64,000 nt of DNA from Candidatus Marinacidobacterales bacterium. Lineage in GTDB: Bacteria > Acidobacteriota > Vicinamibacteria > Marinacidobacterales > SMYC01. This document shows positions 19,979 through 29,506 of the stretch, in pieces. The DNA is taken from positions 2,112,001-2,176,000 of the forward strand of contig OZ250169.1 of the NCBI GenBank assembly GCA_965237955.1. Reading direction: 5' to 3'. The position numbers and the translations under genes were made by a program. Under the pieces are notes generated by a model that worked only from the letters and a program-made list of their open reading frames with translations, did no database searches and was not told where the DNA came from. Position 1 is the stretch's first letter. The number at the start of each line of letters is the position of its first letter.

Positions 19979-20562
19979 TCACCGTGCGTCCCCATTGATC
20001 TCGTCGAGCTGGTCGAGCCTTTCGTGGATGCGCGCTCCCTCAGCCCGCCGAGGCCGGAGCCCTCGAGGAGGGGGCTCACCTCGGCGACGAGCTCGGTCCA
20101 CGCCATCCAGCGAGCCGATTCAATCTCGTCGCGATCGTGTGGGGCGATCTCAGTCTCCGTGTCGCCGTCGAGCAGGCTTGCGAGCATGACGTGCGTCGTC
20201 CATTTCGCATTATCCCCGTTGAAGGTGAAGCTCGCGTGGATCTGCAAGAGGTAGTCTTCCATCTTGACGGAGAGGCCCTTCTCCTCGTCGGCCTCGCGCA
20301 CCGCTCCGTCGACGAAAGACTCCTCGGGATGGATGCCGCCCGACGGAATCCGAAACGCGCCGGCCGGATAGCCGGGCTTGCGGATGACCGCGGCTTGATC
20401 CGCTCTCATAATCAGGAGACTGACGTCGTGAGCGCGTCCTCGCTCTCGATGCCGCTCTACTTCACGAAACTCTTTCTCGGTGAGGGGGACGTCCCATCGC
20501 TCTATTGTCGGTTCACCGAACTCTAGGACGAGCTCTTGAACGATGTGCCGTCCAATATGCAT
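19979..20562 (-). CDS. NUDIX hydrolase (3' frameshift fuses it to the next gene)
   Basis: Nudix box GGIHPEESFVDGAVREADEEKGL; natural-looking tail ARIHERLDQLDEINGDAR* in another frame ending at 19979. Confidence 0.8.
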
Positions 20563-20581
20563 GGCAAGGCCGCTCCCGGGC

Positions 20582-21106
20582 TCAGCTCTCCCCCGAACGC
20601 TCGTTCACAAGCGCCACCAGGTCACGTATCACCGAGGGCGCAACCCAATCGCGCTCTCCAACGACTTTGGACTTCACGCGGCCGTCGCGACCGATGATGT
20701 ATGTCTCCGGATACTTGAACGTTTGATACAAACGGGACGTTCTCATCCCTTCGTCGTGCAGGATGGTGAACGTCAGCTCGAAGGTCTCGACGAACCTCCC
20801 GATGTCCTCGAAACGCTCGTCGACCGACACCGCGACCACCGACAGACCCTTAGCGCCGAGCGCCTCGTGAAGCTTTTGAAGCGACGGCATTTCGTCGACG
20901 CACGGCCGACACCAGGTCGCCCAGTAGTTGAGAACGACGACACGGCCGCTCAGATCGGCGAGCTCGTGCAGCTGCCCTTCGAGATCTGGAAGGGTGAAGC
21001 CGGGTGCGAGATCGCCCACTTGCGGGCCGGGGTCCTTCCTGCACGAAAACGACCCGAGAACGAAGATTGCTGCAAAGAGTGAAACGGATCTGCATTTAAG
21101 ACGCAT
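20582..21106 (-). CDS. TlpA/ResA family thiol-disulfide oxidoreductase
   Basis: LNYWATWCRPCVDEMP, YPETYII; ATG 21106 overlaps the upstream gene end. Confidence 0.92.
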   Translation of the reverse strand: MRLKCRSVSLFAAIFVLGSFSCRKDPGPQVGDLAPGFTLPDLEGQLHELADLSGRVVVLNYWATWCRPCVDEMPSLQKLHEALGAKGLSVVAVSVDERFEDIGRFVETFELTFTILHDEGMRTSRLYQTFKYPETYIIGRDGRVKSKVVGERDWVAPSVIRDLVALVNERSGES

Positions 21107-21935
21107 GCGTCGAGTCTCGGAGCTCAGCCGAGTTCTTGAGAGCAGAGACGTTCGCGAACGCGCGTGCCGGGTCATCGGTCATGATACCGTCGACGCCCCA
21201 ATCCAAAAGTCGCGCAATGTGGACGGGCTCGTTGACCGTCCACACGTGCACTTCGACGCCGAAGCCGTGGACCGCTTCGATGACGGGCTTCGACACGACC
21301 CGCCGGAGGCCCTTGTACTCCGGCACCTGAAACGCGACGCCAGGCGCACGGTAACCGGCGAGCTCCCCGCCGCGGAGTCGCATGAGAAAGTCGCGCACCT
21401 CGTCCTTACTGAAGCTGGTCGCGACCGTCGGAGCAACTTCGCGAAAGCGGGCGAGAATGTCGTGCTCGTGTGATGCCACGATAACGCGATCCTCTGCGCC
21501 ATGCCGGGCGAGCATGTTGGCGACGGCTCTCTTGACCCCGTCCCGCGTTCGTTTGATCTCGAGGGTGACGCCGGTGTCGGCGAACGTGGTGAGCACTTCA
21601 TCGAGGGTGGGAATCGTGAGCCCCTTCTCGCGATACGGAAACGTGCGCTCGTAGTCGGTCGAGAACTTATAACCGGCGTCGAGCTGGCGGAGCTCCGCTA
21701 ATGTCATGTTCTCCACGCGGCCTCGCCGGCCGGTGGTTCTCGAAACCGAGTTGTCGTGGATGATGACGGGCTCGCCGTCGGCGCTAAGATGGATGTCCAT
21801 CTCCAGGTAGGGAGCACCTTGCTCGCGAGCGAGACGGAACGACTCGAGCGTGTTCTCGGGCGCGGATGCGCTCGCGCCTCTGTGCGCGAACACGCGGGGC
21901 CCGGGACCCGAGAAGAAACCGTTGATTGACGACAC
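21096..21935 (-). CDS. Glycerophosphodiester phosphodiesterase
   Basis: AHRGAS..PENTL, EMDIH, IIHD, VHVWTVN, GVDGIMTD. Confidence 0.95.
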   Translation of the reverse strand: MSSINGFFSGPGPRVFAHRGASASAPENTLESFRLAREQGAPYLEMDIHLSADGEPVIIHDNSVSRTTGRRGRVENMTLAELRQLDAGYKFSTDYERTFPYREKGLTIPTLDEVLTTFADTGVTLEIKRTRDGVKRAVANMLARHGAEDRVIVASHEHDILARFREVAPTVATSFSKDEVRDFLMRLRGGELAGYRAPGVAFQVPEYKGLRRVVSKPVIEAVHGFGVEVHVWTVNEPVHIARLLDWGVDGIMTDDPARAFANVSALKNSAELRDSTHAS

Positions 21936-22071
21936 CTTGATCCAGTTAGCTTTCAGCTTTCATTGATTCGATGTCTCGATGTCACGAACATTACGCGCCC
22001 TCGCGGGGAGGCGGAGGCGCTGAGCTACCCTGTTGCGGGAACGATTGTCTATATCTCTATTATCCGGAACG

Positions 22072-24591
22072 TTACCGCTCCAAGTCAAAAGCGGGGGGTG
22101 CACCCACGCGAACTCCCAGATCCCGGTGATCGGTGGCCTCGGCGTCGAGCTCCGACGGACGAAATCCACCCTCGCTTTCGACACTGAAAACCGAAGCCCC
22201 GTCTTCCCGCGGCACGAAAAACGTCGCCTGTGCCCACGGGGCGAGATCGAACCGCTCGGTACCGGACGCGGTGTGGACGAGGACGGTATTGTCACGACCA
22301 CCGTTCGAGAGCCCGAGCTCGGCATCGGACTCGAGAGGGGACTCGAGAGCGAACACGGCGCGTGCCGCCCGCTTCACCCAAAAGCCCTTTGGATCGAGGT
22401 AGGCTTCGTCATCAAAGCTGTGGAGACGACGTCGGCCGGACACCGGCAGGCTTCTCTGAGCCACGGGGACGGCTCCGCGAACGCTTTCGAAATGGAGCTG
22501 GGGCGGCGGATCCTCGAGGCGGTTCGCGCGGACACGGAACCTCAAAAACGCCACCGCGGACTCGAAGCGAGTACTTTCGACTTCGAAACAATTGCGGTCG
22601 TTGCAAGGCGCCCACCCTTTGAGAGCGATTCCGCTCACGCGATACCGGCCCGACGGGATCGAATACGGAAGACTCCACCAGCGGCGTGGGTCTCCGTCGG
22701 GCCGGAGCGGCATCAAACGAAGCGCGACCCGATCCATCACTGCATCGGTGTCGAGACGCTCGAACGATGGCAGCGCAAGAAACCGATCCGGTTGCCGGTC
22801 GGCAAGTTGTCGCATGAACCCCGAGACCCAGCGTCCCGACTGCGTGCGCGGTTGGGTGACGCCGGTCAGATCCTGAGCCCATGCCGCAGCGAGCAAGAGC
22901 ACAGCGAACGCCGGCAGTCGCACGGCTTGGCGGCGATACTGAAGCAAACACGCAACTACGACGACCCCGAGCCCCACCAACGCCCAAACGAGCGAGCGAG
23001 GATCGTTCCTGACGATGGACGGAAGATAGGGTGTGAGGTCCCAGGAGCTCGACAGGACTTCCCACAACCGCCCGGTGCCGTCGCGCGCGTTCAAGTACAG
23101 CGGCTGACCTGGCAAGAATACCGTGAACGCGGCGATGGAGAGACTGATGATCAGGAGCGCGGGCAGCCAGGGAGCGATCCCCCACTTCCTCTCCCACGAC
23201 CAAAGACAACCGGCAGCGAGCGCCACCAGCGGCAGCGCGGGGAAAAGAAACCTCGCGGGCGGCGAATTGCCTCCCGACCACAGCGGGTGGGCCGCGCCGG
23301 GAAGGGCGACCGCGGCGAGAACGCAAACGGCGGCCACCCCGAAAAACGGGTGCCGCCGCACCAGTGCCACGAGACCGACGAGACCAACGAGATAAACCGG
23401 CGCGAATAGCCCTAGGCCGTACTCCTGATCGAAGAGGAGTCCGAGCACTCCAATCGGAATTCCACTGATGAAGATTCGTTGGCGTCCGTAGGAGGACGTG
23501 GGATCGAAGCTTCCAATGGTGTAGTAGAAAAACACCAGGAAAGCGATCGCACCGACCGACGCTCCCACACCGATGGCGATGCGCGCGCCCTTGGACCGAG
23601 CTCGGACCAGGAGCGAAAACCATAGAACGAGCGCGAGCGGCACGAACTTCATATGCAAGAACGGGAGCGTGCCGACGAGGATCGAGAACCCGAGTGAGAC
23701 GTAAGGACGTTCAGGTGCCGACCTTAGGAGCCGCACGAAAACGACCATCACCACGACCGCAGCGGGAAGCTCGGGATACGCCGAGACACAGAGAAAAAGC
23801 GCGGGAGATGTCAGAGCGAACGCAAACGCCGCCAACGTCGCGGCCTCGTCGCTCACACCGAGGTGGCAGCCGACTCGAAAAATGCTACCGACGAGCAGCG
23901 TGCCGAGAAACGCCAACGTCACCAGAACACCGCTCATGCCCGCCACGGCATAACCTGGGACGAGGAGCAGCGGCAACCCAATCCCGTGAACGGAGTACGG
24001 AGTGCCAGCGGCGAGGTGCGGTCCTATTTTCCCATTATAGAAATGCTGATAGTCCGCTCGGTTGTAATTGTTCTGGACTCTGAGGTCACCATCTTCGAGG
24101 ATGCTGTACGTGATGAGCAGATAGTGCGGTTCGTCTCCCGACAGACCGACGTCGTTCGACATCTTGAACCCGACCGCTACGAAAACACAGAACGCCACGG
24201 CGCTCACGCGATTCGCGGTCATGCCTCCAGGCATTCGGCCGAATCGCCAGACGAGCGACAGAGCGCATCCCACTAGAACGAAATCGAGAAAACGACCCGA
24301 GAACGCGGCGAGAAAGGGCGCCACGTCAAACGCTTTCGGCACGAAGATCGCGGACGCGGTGAGCCCCGCTATTAGAAAAGGCCCCGCGGCCCGACGCGGC
24401 AAGAAAACCCCGAGCCCGGCACCGAGACCCACCGTCGCGAAGATCCACGAAAACGAAGGGAGCGACGTCAAAAGCCAGGGCGCACTCGTCTCCGACGTCA
24501 CGTCGAAAACCGGGATGCGGTATGCGGATCGCAACGCGAGCGCAAGGCCGAGCGACGCGCCCGCCGCGACGGACACGATTCGGTTTTTCAC
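22072..24591 (-). CDS. Large polytopic membrane protein, GT-C glycosyltransferase-like
   Basis: SGDEPHYL loop motif, YPE, PARFL, many TM helices, soluble C-terminal domain. Confidence 0.7.
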   Translation of the reverse strand: MKNRIVSVAAGASLGLALALRSAYRIPVFDVTSETSAPWLLTSLPSFSWIFATVGLGAGLGVFLPRRAAGPFLIAGLTASAIFVPKAFDVAPFLAAFSGRFLDFVLVGCALSLVWRFGRMPGGMTANRVSAVAFCVFVAVGFKMSNDVGLSGDEPHYLLITYSILEDGDLRVQNNYNRADYQHFYNGKIGPHLAAGTPYSVHGIGLPLLLVPGYAVAGMSGVLVTLAFLGTLLVGSIFRVGCHLGVSDEAATLAAFAFALTSPALFLCVSAYPELPAAVVVMVVFVRLLRSAPERPYVSLGFSILVGTLPFLHMKFVPLALVLWFSLLVRARSKGARIAIGVGASVGAIAFLVFFYYTIGSFDPTSSYGRQRIFISGIPIGVLGLLFDQEYGLGLFAPVYLVGLVGLVALVRRHPFFGVAAVCVLAAVALPGAAHPLWSGGNSPPARFLFPALPLVALAAGCLWSWERKWGIAPWLPALLIISLSIAAFTVFLPGQPLYLNARDGTGRLWEVLSSSWDLTPYLPSIVRNDPRSLVWALVGLGVVVVACLLQYRRQAVRLPAFAVLLLAAAWAQDLTGVTQPRTQSGRWVSGFMRQLADRQPDRFLALPSFERLDTDAVMDRVALRLMPLRPDGDPRRWWSLPYSIPSGRYRVSGIALKGWAPCNDRNCFEVESTRFESAVAFLRFRVRANRLEDPPPQLHFESVRGAVPVAQRSLPVSGRRRLHSFDDEAYLDPKGFWVKRAARAVFALESPLESDAELGLSNGGRDNTVLVHTASGTERFDLAPWAQATFFVPREDGASVFSVESEGGFRPSELDAEATDHRDLGVRVGAPPAFDLER

Positions 24592-25133
24592 GTGAAGAGA
24601 GGATGCGTCCGTAGATAAGACAGGGCGATGATCGTTTTCGCGTCCCGAACGTCTTTGCCGATCTCGAGAGAGAGCGCCTCGTTCAAAGAAAGTTCGACGG
24701 GCTCGAGGCTTTCGTCGTCGTCGAGCGAGCCTTCACGCCGCTCGAGCTCGGTCGCGACGAACAGATGCATGAGCTCCTCGAGCACTCCGGGCGACGGAAA
24801 GAACTCGGTCAGCTTTTCGAGCCGGTTCGGGTAGTAGCCCGTCTCTTCGACGAGCTCGCGACGCGCCGTCTCCTCGGGCCGCTCCCCCGGATCGATGGTC
24901 CCGGCGGGCGCCTCGAGAAGGAACTCTCCGGCGGCGTAGCGATACTGCCGGACCAGCACGACTTTGCGATCGTCGGTGACGGGAAGGAGCACGGATGCGC
25001 CGGGATGCCGCAGCACTTCACGCTCGACTTCCATGCCCGAGGGCTCGATGATGCGGTCGACGTCGAGGGTGACGATCCGACCCTCGAAGATACGGCGCCG
25101 CTCGAGAAGTCGGGCTTTGCCGTCACCACCCAC
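24588..25133 (-). CDS. NUDIX hydrolase, ADP-ribose pyrophosphatase type
   Basis: LVRQYRY, EAPAGTIDPGERPEETARRELVEETGY, SPG, DAKTI. Confidence 0.92.
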   Translation of the reverse strand: MGGDGKARLLERRRIFEGRIVTLDVDRIIEPSGMEVEREVLRHPGASVLLPVTDDRKVVLVRQYRYAAGEFLLEAPAGTIDPGERPEETARRELVEETGYYPNRLEKLTEFFPSPGVLEELMHLFVATELERREGSLDDDESLEPVELSLNEALSLEIGKDVRDAKTIIALSYLRTHPLFT

Positions 25134-25190
25134 GCCGCCGATTCTAACATGCCGCGAAGTCGGGTACTTAGTGGCTGTTTCCGAAAAACA

Positions 25191-25275
25191 AACGCAAAGG
25201 CGCCAGGACGCAAAGACGCAAGGAGACCGATCTGCGCCGAAGGCGCTTCACTTTGCGCCTTTGCGCCTTTACGTT
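25191..25275. repeat. Palindrome with CGCAAAG(A/G) octamer arms, copy B
   Basis: Arms 25191-25223 and 25251-25275. Confidence 0.85.
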
Positions 25276-25305
25276 GAGTTTTTCTAGTCGGAAGACCGCG
25301 GCTAG

Positions 25306-26280
25306 TTACATCGTGGGTTGATCGGGGAAGGCGTAATACCCCTGGCGGGTTCTCACGACCAGGTCATCACGGTTCTTGATCCGCACCGAGATCGTGTGCC
25401 ACTCGCCGGTCTGCTCTTTGTTGGAGGGCACATAGGCGAGCCGATACTGGCTGTGCAGCTCGTCCTGAATCTGTTCGAAGTCGCGGTTGAGGTCGCCGAT
25501 CCCTTTCGGGAAGAACGCGGCTCCTCCGGTCTCCTCGGCCAGCTTCTTCAGGAATCCTTTGTTCACGCCGCGCGAGCCCGCGCCGCGTTGACCTCGGAAC
25601 CCGACGCTGTAAATCGTGACCTCGGAGAACTTCGCCCCTTCGATCGCATCTTTTTTAGTCGCCTCGCTCCCCTGTCCTATCGACCGGGAATCGTCACCGT
25701 CGGTGAAGACCAGAAGGGCTTTGCGGCCCTCGGCCTCCGAGACCTTGTCGAGAGAATACAAGATCGAGTCGTACAAGGCCGTCCATCCAGCGGGATACAG
25801 CGATTGGATCGTCTGTACGAGACGGTCGATATCGTCCGAAAAATGCGAGCTGAACCGGATGTGCTCGTTGAAATCGGCGATGATCGCTTTGTCACCGTCC
25901 CAGAGTTTGCCGACGAAGTTCGATGCTGCCTCTTTGATGCCGTCGACACTCCCACGCACGCTCGTGGAGGCATCGAGCAAGAGCAACAGCGTCACGGGAG
26001 TCACCTCAGACGTGAAAAAGTCGACCTCCTGGCGGGCGTTGTCTTCATAGACCTCGAAGTCCTCGACACTCAGGTCCGGAATGAAACGACCCTTCTTATC
26101 GGTAACGACGACGCTCAAGTTGACGGCTTGGACAGTCGCCCGGAACTGAAACCGGCCGTCCTCAGCTTGTGGCTGGTTTTCCTGGGCAGGGGCCGATCCC
26201 GCTCCTACTACGAATGACATCGACAGGACGACGGTAACGAGCGGCAGGGACAGGAGATAGGATCGAGTGCGCTTGGCCAT
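25306..26280 (-). CDS. VWA domain exported protein (Acidobacterial type)
   Basis: MIDAS DASTS, TALYDSI, FTDGDD, LAEETGG, QYRLAYVP, VRTRQGYY. Confidence 0.9.
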   Translation of the reverse strand: MAKRTRSYLLSLPLVTVVLSMSFVVGAGSAPAQENQPQAEDGRFQFRATVQAVNLSVVVTDKKGRFIPDLSVEDFEVYEDNARQEVDFFTSEVTPVTLLLLLDASTSVRGSVDGIKEAASNFVGKLWDGDKAIIADFNEHIRFSSHFSDDIDRLVQTIQSLYPAGWTALYDSILYSLDKVSEAEGRKALLVFTDGDDSRSIGQGSEATKKDAIEGAKFSEVTIYSVGFRGQRGAGSRGVNKGFLKKLAEETGGAAFFPKGIGDLNRDFEQIQDELHSQYRLAYVPSNKEQTGEWHTISVRIKNRDDLVVRTRQGYYAFPDQPTM

Positions 26281-26452
26281 GATTCGTGTTTCGCCTCTCC
26301 GTGTCGGCGTGAATGGGGGCTCGGCGTCGACGCTGTTTATAGCCGCAGTCTAGCACACGGCCCGCCGCCGCCGCGGCTGGCACCGGACGCTGAATATTTG
26401 TCCCGTTGGCCTATTTTAGCTACACTGCCAAAATAGCGATGCCAAAATAGCG

Positions 26453-26845
26453 ATGAACGACAAACGCCTGTTCACCGTTCAGGAAGCGAACGAGCTCATT
26501 CCATTCCTCAGCAACAAGTTGCAGGAGCTCCGTCTCGCACATGGGAAGCTCGAAGTGTGGTCGCAAGACATGCCGTCGCCGCACGAAGTTTCGCTCGCGG
26601 GCGGCATGTTGGCCGATCCTCAATACGTGTCGCTCTTGACACGCTTCCAGGCACTCATCGAGGAGATCTGCTCCGAAGGTTGTTACCTCACAGACCTGGA
26701 CTCCGGCCTCATCGACTTTCCTACGGTTTGGGAAGGCCGGGAGGTCTACCTTTGTTGGAAGCTCGGTGAGTCCGAGGTCGAGCATTGGCACGAGATCGAG
26801 GCGGGTTTCGCCGGCCGCCGCTCACTCAAAGCCGACCCCGCTTAA
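26453..26845 (+). CDS. DUF2203 family protein
   Basis: FTVQEANELIP..GLIDFP..VYLCWKLGE..HWH..AGFAGRR. Confidence 0.9.
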   Translation: MNDKRLFTVQEANELIPFLSNKLQELRLAHGKLEVWSQDMPSPHEVSLAGGMLADPQYVSLLTRFQALIEEICSEGCYLTDLDSGLIDFPTVWEGREVYLCWKLGESEVEHWHEIEAGFAGRRSLKADPA

Positions 26846-27412
26846 GTGCCGTTCTCCTACTACCAGTGCCTCAACAAAACCCAGAAGAGAATCTACGACG
26901 AAAGTGACCGGATTGGGTCGGTTGAGCTCTACCGTCCGGTTGCGCATCGAGAGCGGGTTCTGGCGCTGGCCTCAGCGCTCGCGAGCGGGGAGCGAACCGC
27001 GACCGAGCGCGCCGCTCGAGCACTCGCTGATAGCCTCACCGAAGCGCTGGGCGTGCCCGGGCTTCGCATCCGGGTTCAAGAGCGCAGGCCTTCATGGCAA
27101 ACAGGCGAGCTCCACGGGCTCTACGAAGTCGACGAGAACGGGCGCTACAAAATCTCGCTGTGGATGCGGACGGCCAGGCGGGTGCAGGTCGTGAAATTCA
27201 AGACCTTCCTGCGCACGCTGCTCCACGAGCTCTGCCACCATTTGGATTATCAACGGTTTCGGCTCAAAGATTCTTTTCATACCGAAGGGTTCTATCGACG
27301 GGAATCGAGCCTCCTGCGCCAGCTGTACCCGGCGGAGCTCGACGCAGCCGAGGGCGCGAAGAAACGAGCCGGCGGGTCATCTCGCTTGCGCCGGCCCACC
27401 GCAGATGTGTAG
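26846..27412 (+). CDS. Hypothetical zincin-like metalloprotein
   Basis: TLLHELCHH (HExxH) and FHTEGF third-ligand-like motif. Confidence 0.7.
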   Translation: MPFSYYQCLNKTQKRIYDESDRIGSVELYRPVAHRERVLALASALASGERTATERAARALADSLTEALGVPGLRIRVQERRPSWQTGELHGLYEVDENGRYKISLWMRTARRVQVVKFKTFLRTLLHELCHHLDYQRFRLKDSFHTEGFYRRESSLLRQLYPAELDAAEGAKKRAGGSSRLRRPTADV

Positions 27413-27483
27413 ACTTGCTGGTTTGAGCGCCGCGCTGCGGTCGTTGGAGAACGTTGCCGGGGACCTTGTGAAATTTCTTCAAG

Positions 27484-27580
27484 GTCCGCCTCCGCGCGAG
27501 GCTACGGCGGACAATCACGGTGGGCGGCCCGCCTTCGCGAATGCTAGGTTGGGGCTCGCCGGAGCTTCAGCAAAGGCGGC
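27484..27580. repeat. REP-like palindromes (GCTACGGC family)
   Basis: gtccgcctccgcgcgaggctacggcggac and gccttcgc..caaaggcggc; related to 6950-7011. Confidence 0.65.
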
Positions 27581-27615
27581 TCCCAGTGACTCATTTCAAA
27601 ATCGGAGGAAACTGA

Positions 27616-28389
27616 ATGAAGAAGTTAATGCTGTTTGCGTCGATCGCGATGGTCGCGCTCCTTTTCGCGTGTGGCGGTGGCGGTGAAGAAACGTCCTCGG
27701 CTCCTGCGGCAACAGCCGCTCCGGCGTTCGACCCCGCTACCGCGGGTGTTCTGACAGGCACCATCACTCTCGATGGCGAGGCACCGGAGATGAAGGTCAT
27801 CCAGATGGCTGCCGACCCGAATTGCGCTCGCCTGCACACCTCGGAGGTGATGAACGAGTTCGTCATCACAGGTGACGGCGGAACGCTCGCCAACGTTTTC
27901 GTCTACATCAAGAGCGGTCTCGAGGGTGACTTCCCTCCGCCGAGTGAGCCCGTGGTGCTCGACCAGAACGGTTGCAACTACGTTCCCCACGTCATGGGCA
28001 TTCAGGTTGGCCAGACGTTGACCGTACGCAACAGCGACGAGACCCTTCACAACATCCACGCGATGCCGAAGAACAATAAAGAGTTCAACATCGGTCAGCC
28101 CATCAAGGGACTCGAGACGGAGAAGGTCTTCGACAACGTCGAGGTCATGGTTCCGTTCAAATGCGACGTCCACAAGTGGATGAACAGCTACGCCGGCGTC
28201 CTCGATCACCCGTACTTCGCGGTGACCGGCGTGGATGGCTCGTTCTCGATTCCCGACGTGCCCCCGAGCGACTATGTCGTCGAGGTGTGGCACGAGCGGT
28301 TTGGAACGCAGGAGATGAACGTGACCGTCGGCGAGAAAGAGACCGCCGACGCTAGCTTCACCTTTACTGCTAGTCCCCTGGATCTTTGA
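27616..28389 (+). CDS. Lipoprotein with cupredoxin-like and carboxypeptidase-regulatory-like domains
   Basis: Lipobox LLFAC; LDQNGCNYVPHV, HNIH, KCDVHKWM (H..CxxHxxM); last codons supplied by the MITE. Confidence 0.8.
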   Translation: MKKLMLFASIAMVALLFACGGGGEETSSAPAATAAPAFDPATAGVLTGTITLDGEAPEMKVIQMAADPNCARLHTSEVMNEFVITGDGGTLANVFVYIKSGLEGDFPPPSEPVVLDQNGCNYVPHVMGIQVGQTLTVRNSDETLHNIHAMPKNNKEFNIGQPIKGLETEKVFDNVEVMVPFKCDVHKWMNSYAGVLDHPYFAVTGVDGSFSIPDVPPSDYVVEVWHERFGTQEMNVTVGEKETADASFTFTASPLDL

Positions 28390-28489
28390 TTACTATACAA
28401 AGTTAGGCTTTTCGCCAGCCCATAAGATTCATGCACTTAGAAGTGTTTCGGCAAGCTCTGCTTTATCTAGTTTGTTCTGATACAGGGGA
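28374..28489. mobile_element. 116-bp MITE, copy 1, flanked by CTAG
   Basis: Ends tcccctggatc / gatacagggga (11-bp TIR, 1 mismatch); CTAG at 28370-28373 and 28490-28493; near-identical inverted copy at 58815-58939. Confidence 0.92.
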
Positions 28490-28512
28490 CTAGCGAGTAG
28501 TTTGCATTAACC

Positions 28513-28550
28513 AAAAAAGCCCTTTTCCCTCACGGGGAAAGGGCTTTTTT
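28513..28550. terminator. Bidirectional intrinsic terminator
   Basis: A6-gcccttttccc-loop-ggggaaagggc-T6 between convergent genes. Confidence 0.9.
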
Positions 28551-28556
28551 GGGGTC

Positions 28557-28583
28557 GCAGCCGGCAGCCGGCAGCCGGCAGCC
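28557..28583 (+). repeat. GCAGCCG heptamer tandem repeat
   Basis: Three full units plus one partial, directly after the ctaA stop. Confidence 0.85.
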
Positions 28584-28584
28584 T

Positions 28585-29463
28585 TCAGTGGGAATCGCAC
28601 TGAGGATCGTTCATCGTTGCCGCAAACAGCACCAGCAGTATCCAAATGACGTCAGCGACCGCCAGGTGGACTAGCTGCATCCATACCGGTGCCTCCAGGT
28701 AGACGTTGAGGGCGCCCAAGGCGAGTTGCACGAGATAGGCGATCGTGAGTGGCCGGCCGTACGTTCTGTTCTTCAACCCCACGAAGCCGACGAGAACAAG
28801 AACCGCGATAGCGACCGTCGGGTGGTAGAACCGCGACGCGACCAGGCGCGCGACGACGGGTGAATCCTCCGGTTGAACACCCTCGGTTAGCACGAGCGTG
28901 TCCCCGAGTGCGGTCACCGCGCCGCTCGTGCCCACCACCATGACCCCGAGCAAAGCAGCCATCACGGGCGCGACCATGCTCGGACGGCCGCGGAGCCTAA
29001 GGGGAGCGCCTCCGTTTGCGAACCACGCGGTCAGCGTCATCACCGCCAGGAGCAAGAACGTGTTGACGAGATGGAACGCCATGACGTACACGCGCTCTTC
29101 CGAGTCGTTCGCGGCAACCCACTCGAACGTGACCAGACCTGCGCCGAGAAGCGATTCGGTGACGACGAAGAAAAGTGTCCACATCGCCCCTTTGCGAACC
29201 CGGTGGCCACGCGGGTAGGCGCGAAACGCCACGACAACGAGCGCGAGCACAAGGATGCCGAGAAGCCCGCTCGAGAGACGATGACCGAACTCGATGAGGG
29301 TCTCGACCCCCGGCGAGCGTGGGATGACCTCGCCGTTACAGAGGGGCCAATGACTGCCACACCCAGCGCCCGAGCCCGTCGCGCGCACGAACGCGCCCCA
29401 TAGGATGACGACGACCGTGTAGCCCGTAAGCCAGAACGTGAAGGACCCTAGCGAGCGCTTCAC
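28585..29463 (-). CDS. ctaA: Heme A synthase (COX15/CtaA)
   Basis: GSGAGCGSHWPLCNG, IEFGHR, FHLVN, VHLAVA. Confidence 0.92.
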   Translation of the reverse strand: MKRSLGSFTFWLTGYTVVVILWGAFVRATGSGAGCGSHWPLCNGEVIPRSPGVETLIEFGHRLSSGLLGILVLALVVVAFRAYPRGHRVRKGAMWTLFFVVTESLLGAGLVTFEWVAANDSEERVYVMAFHLVNTFLLLAVMTLTAWFANGGAPLRLRGRPSMVAPVMAALLGVMVVGTSGAVTALGDTLVLTEGVQPEDSPVVARLVASRFYHPTVAIAVLVLVGFVGLKNRTYGRPLTIAYLVQLALGALNVYLEAPVWMQLVHLAVADVIWILLVLFAATMNDPQCDSH

Positions 29464-29506
29464 GAACGCCGAGCCGGGCCTCTAGTGCCTCTGATTCCCA
29501 AAAACA

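Noticed and set aside
18769-20562. Novel single-chain NUDIX-TPR-cNMP architecture
   Set aside because: Better explained by a small deletion joining two genes; the original stop and second start are still visible.
27464-27484. Rex-like operator ccttgtgaaatttcttcaagg upstream of the copper lipoprotein
   Set aside because: Only one half-site fits TTGTGAA-N4-TTCACAA and the spacing is off.
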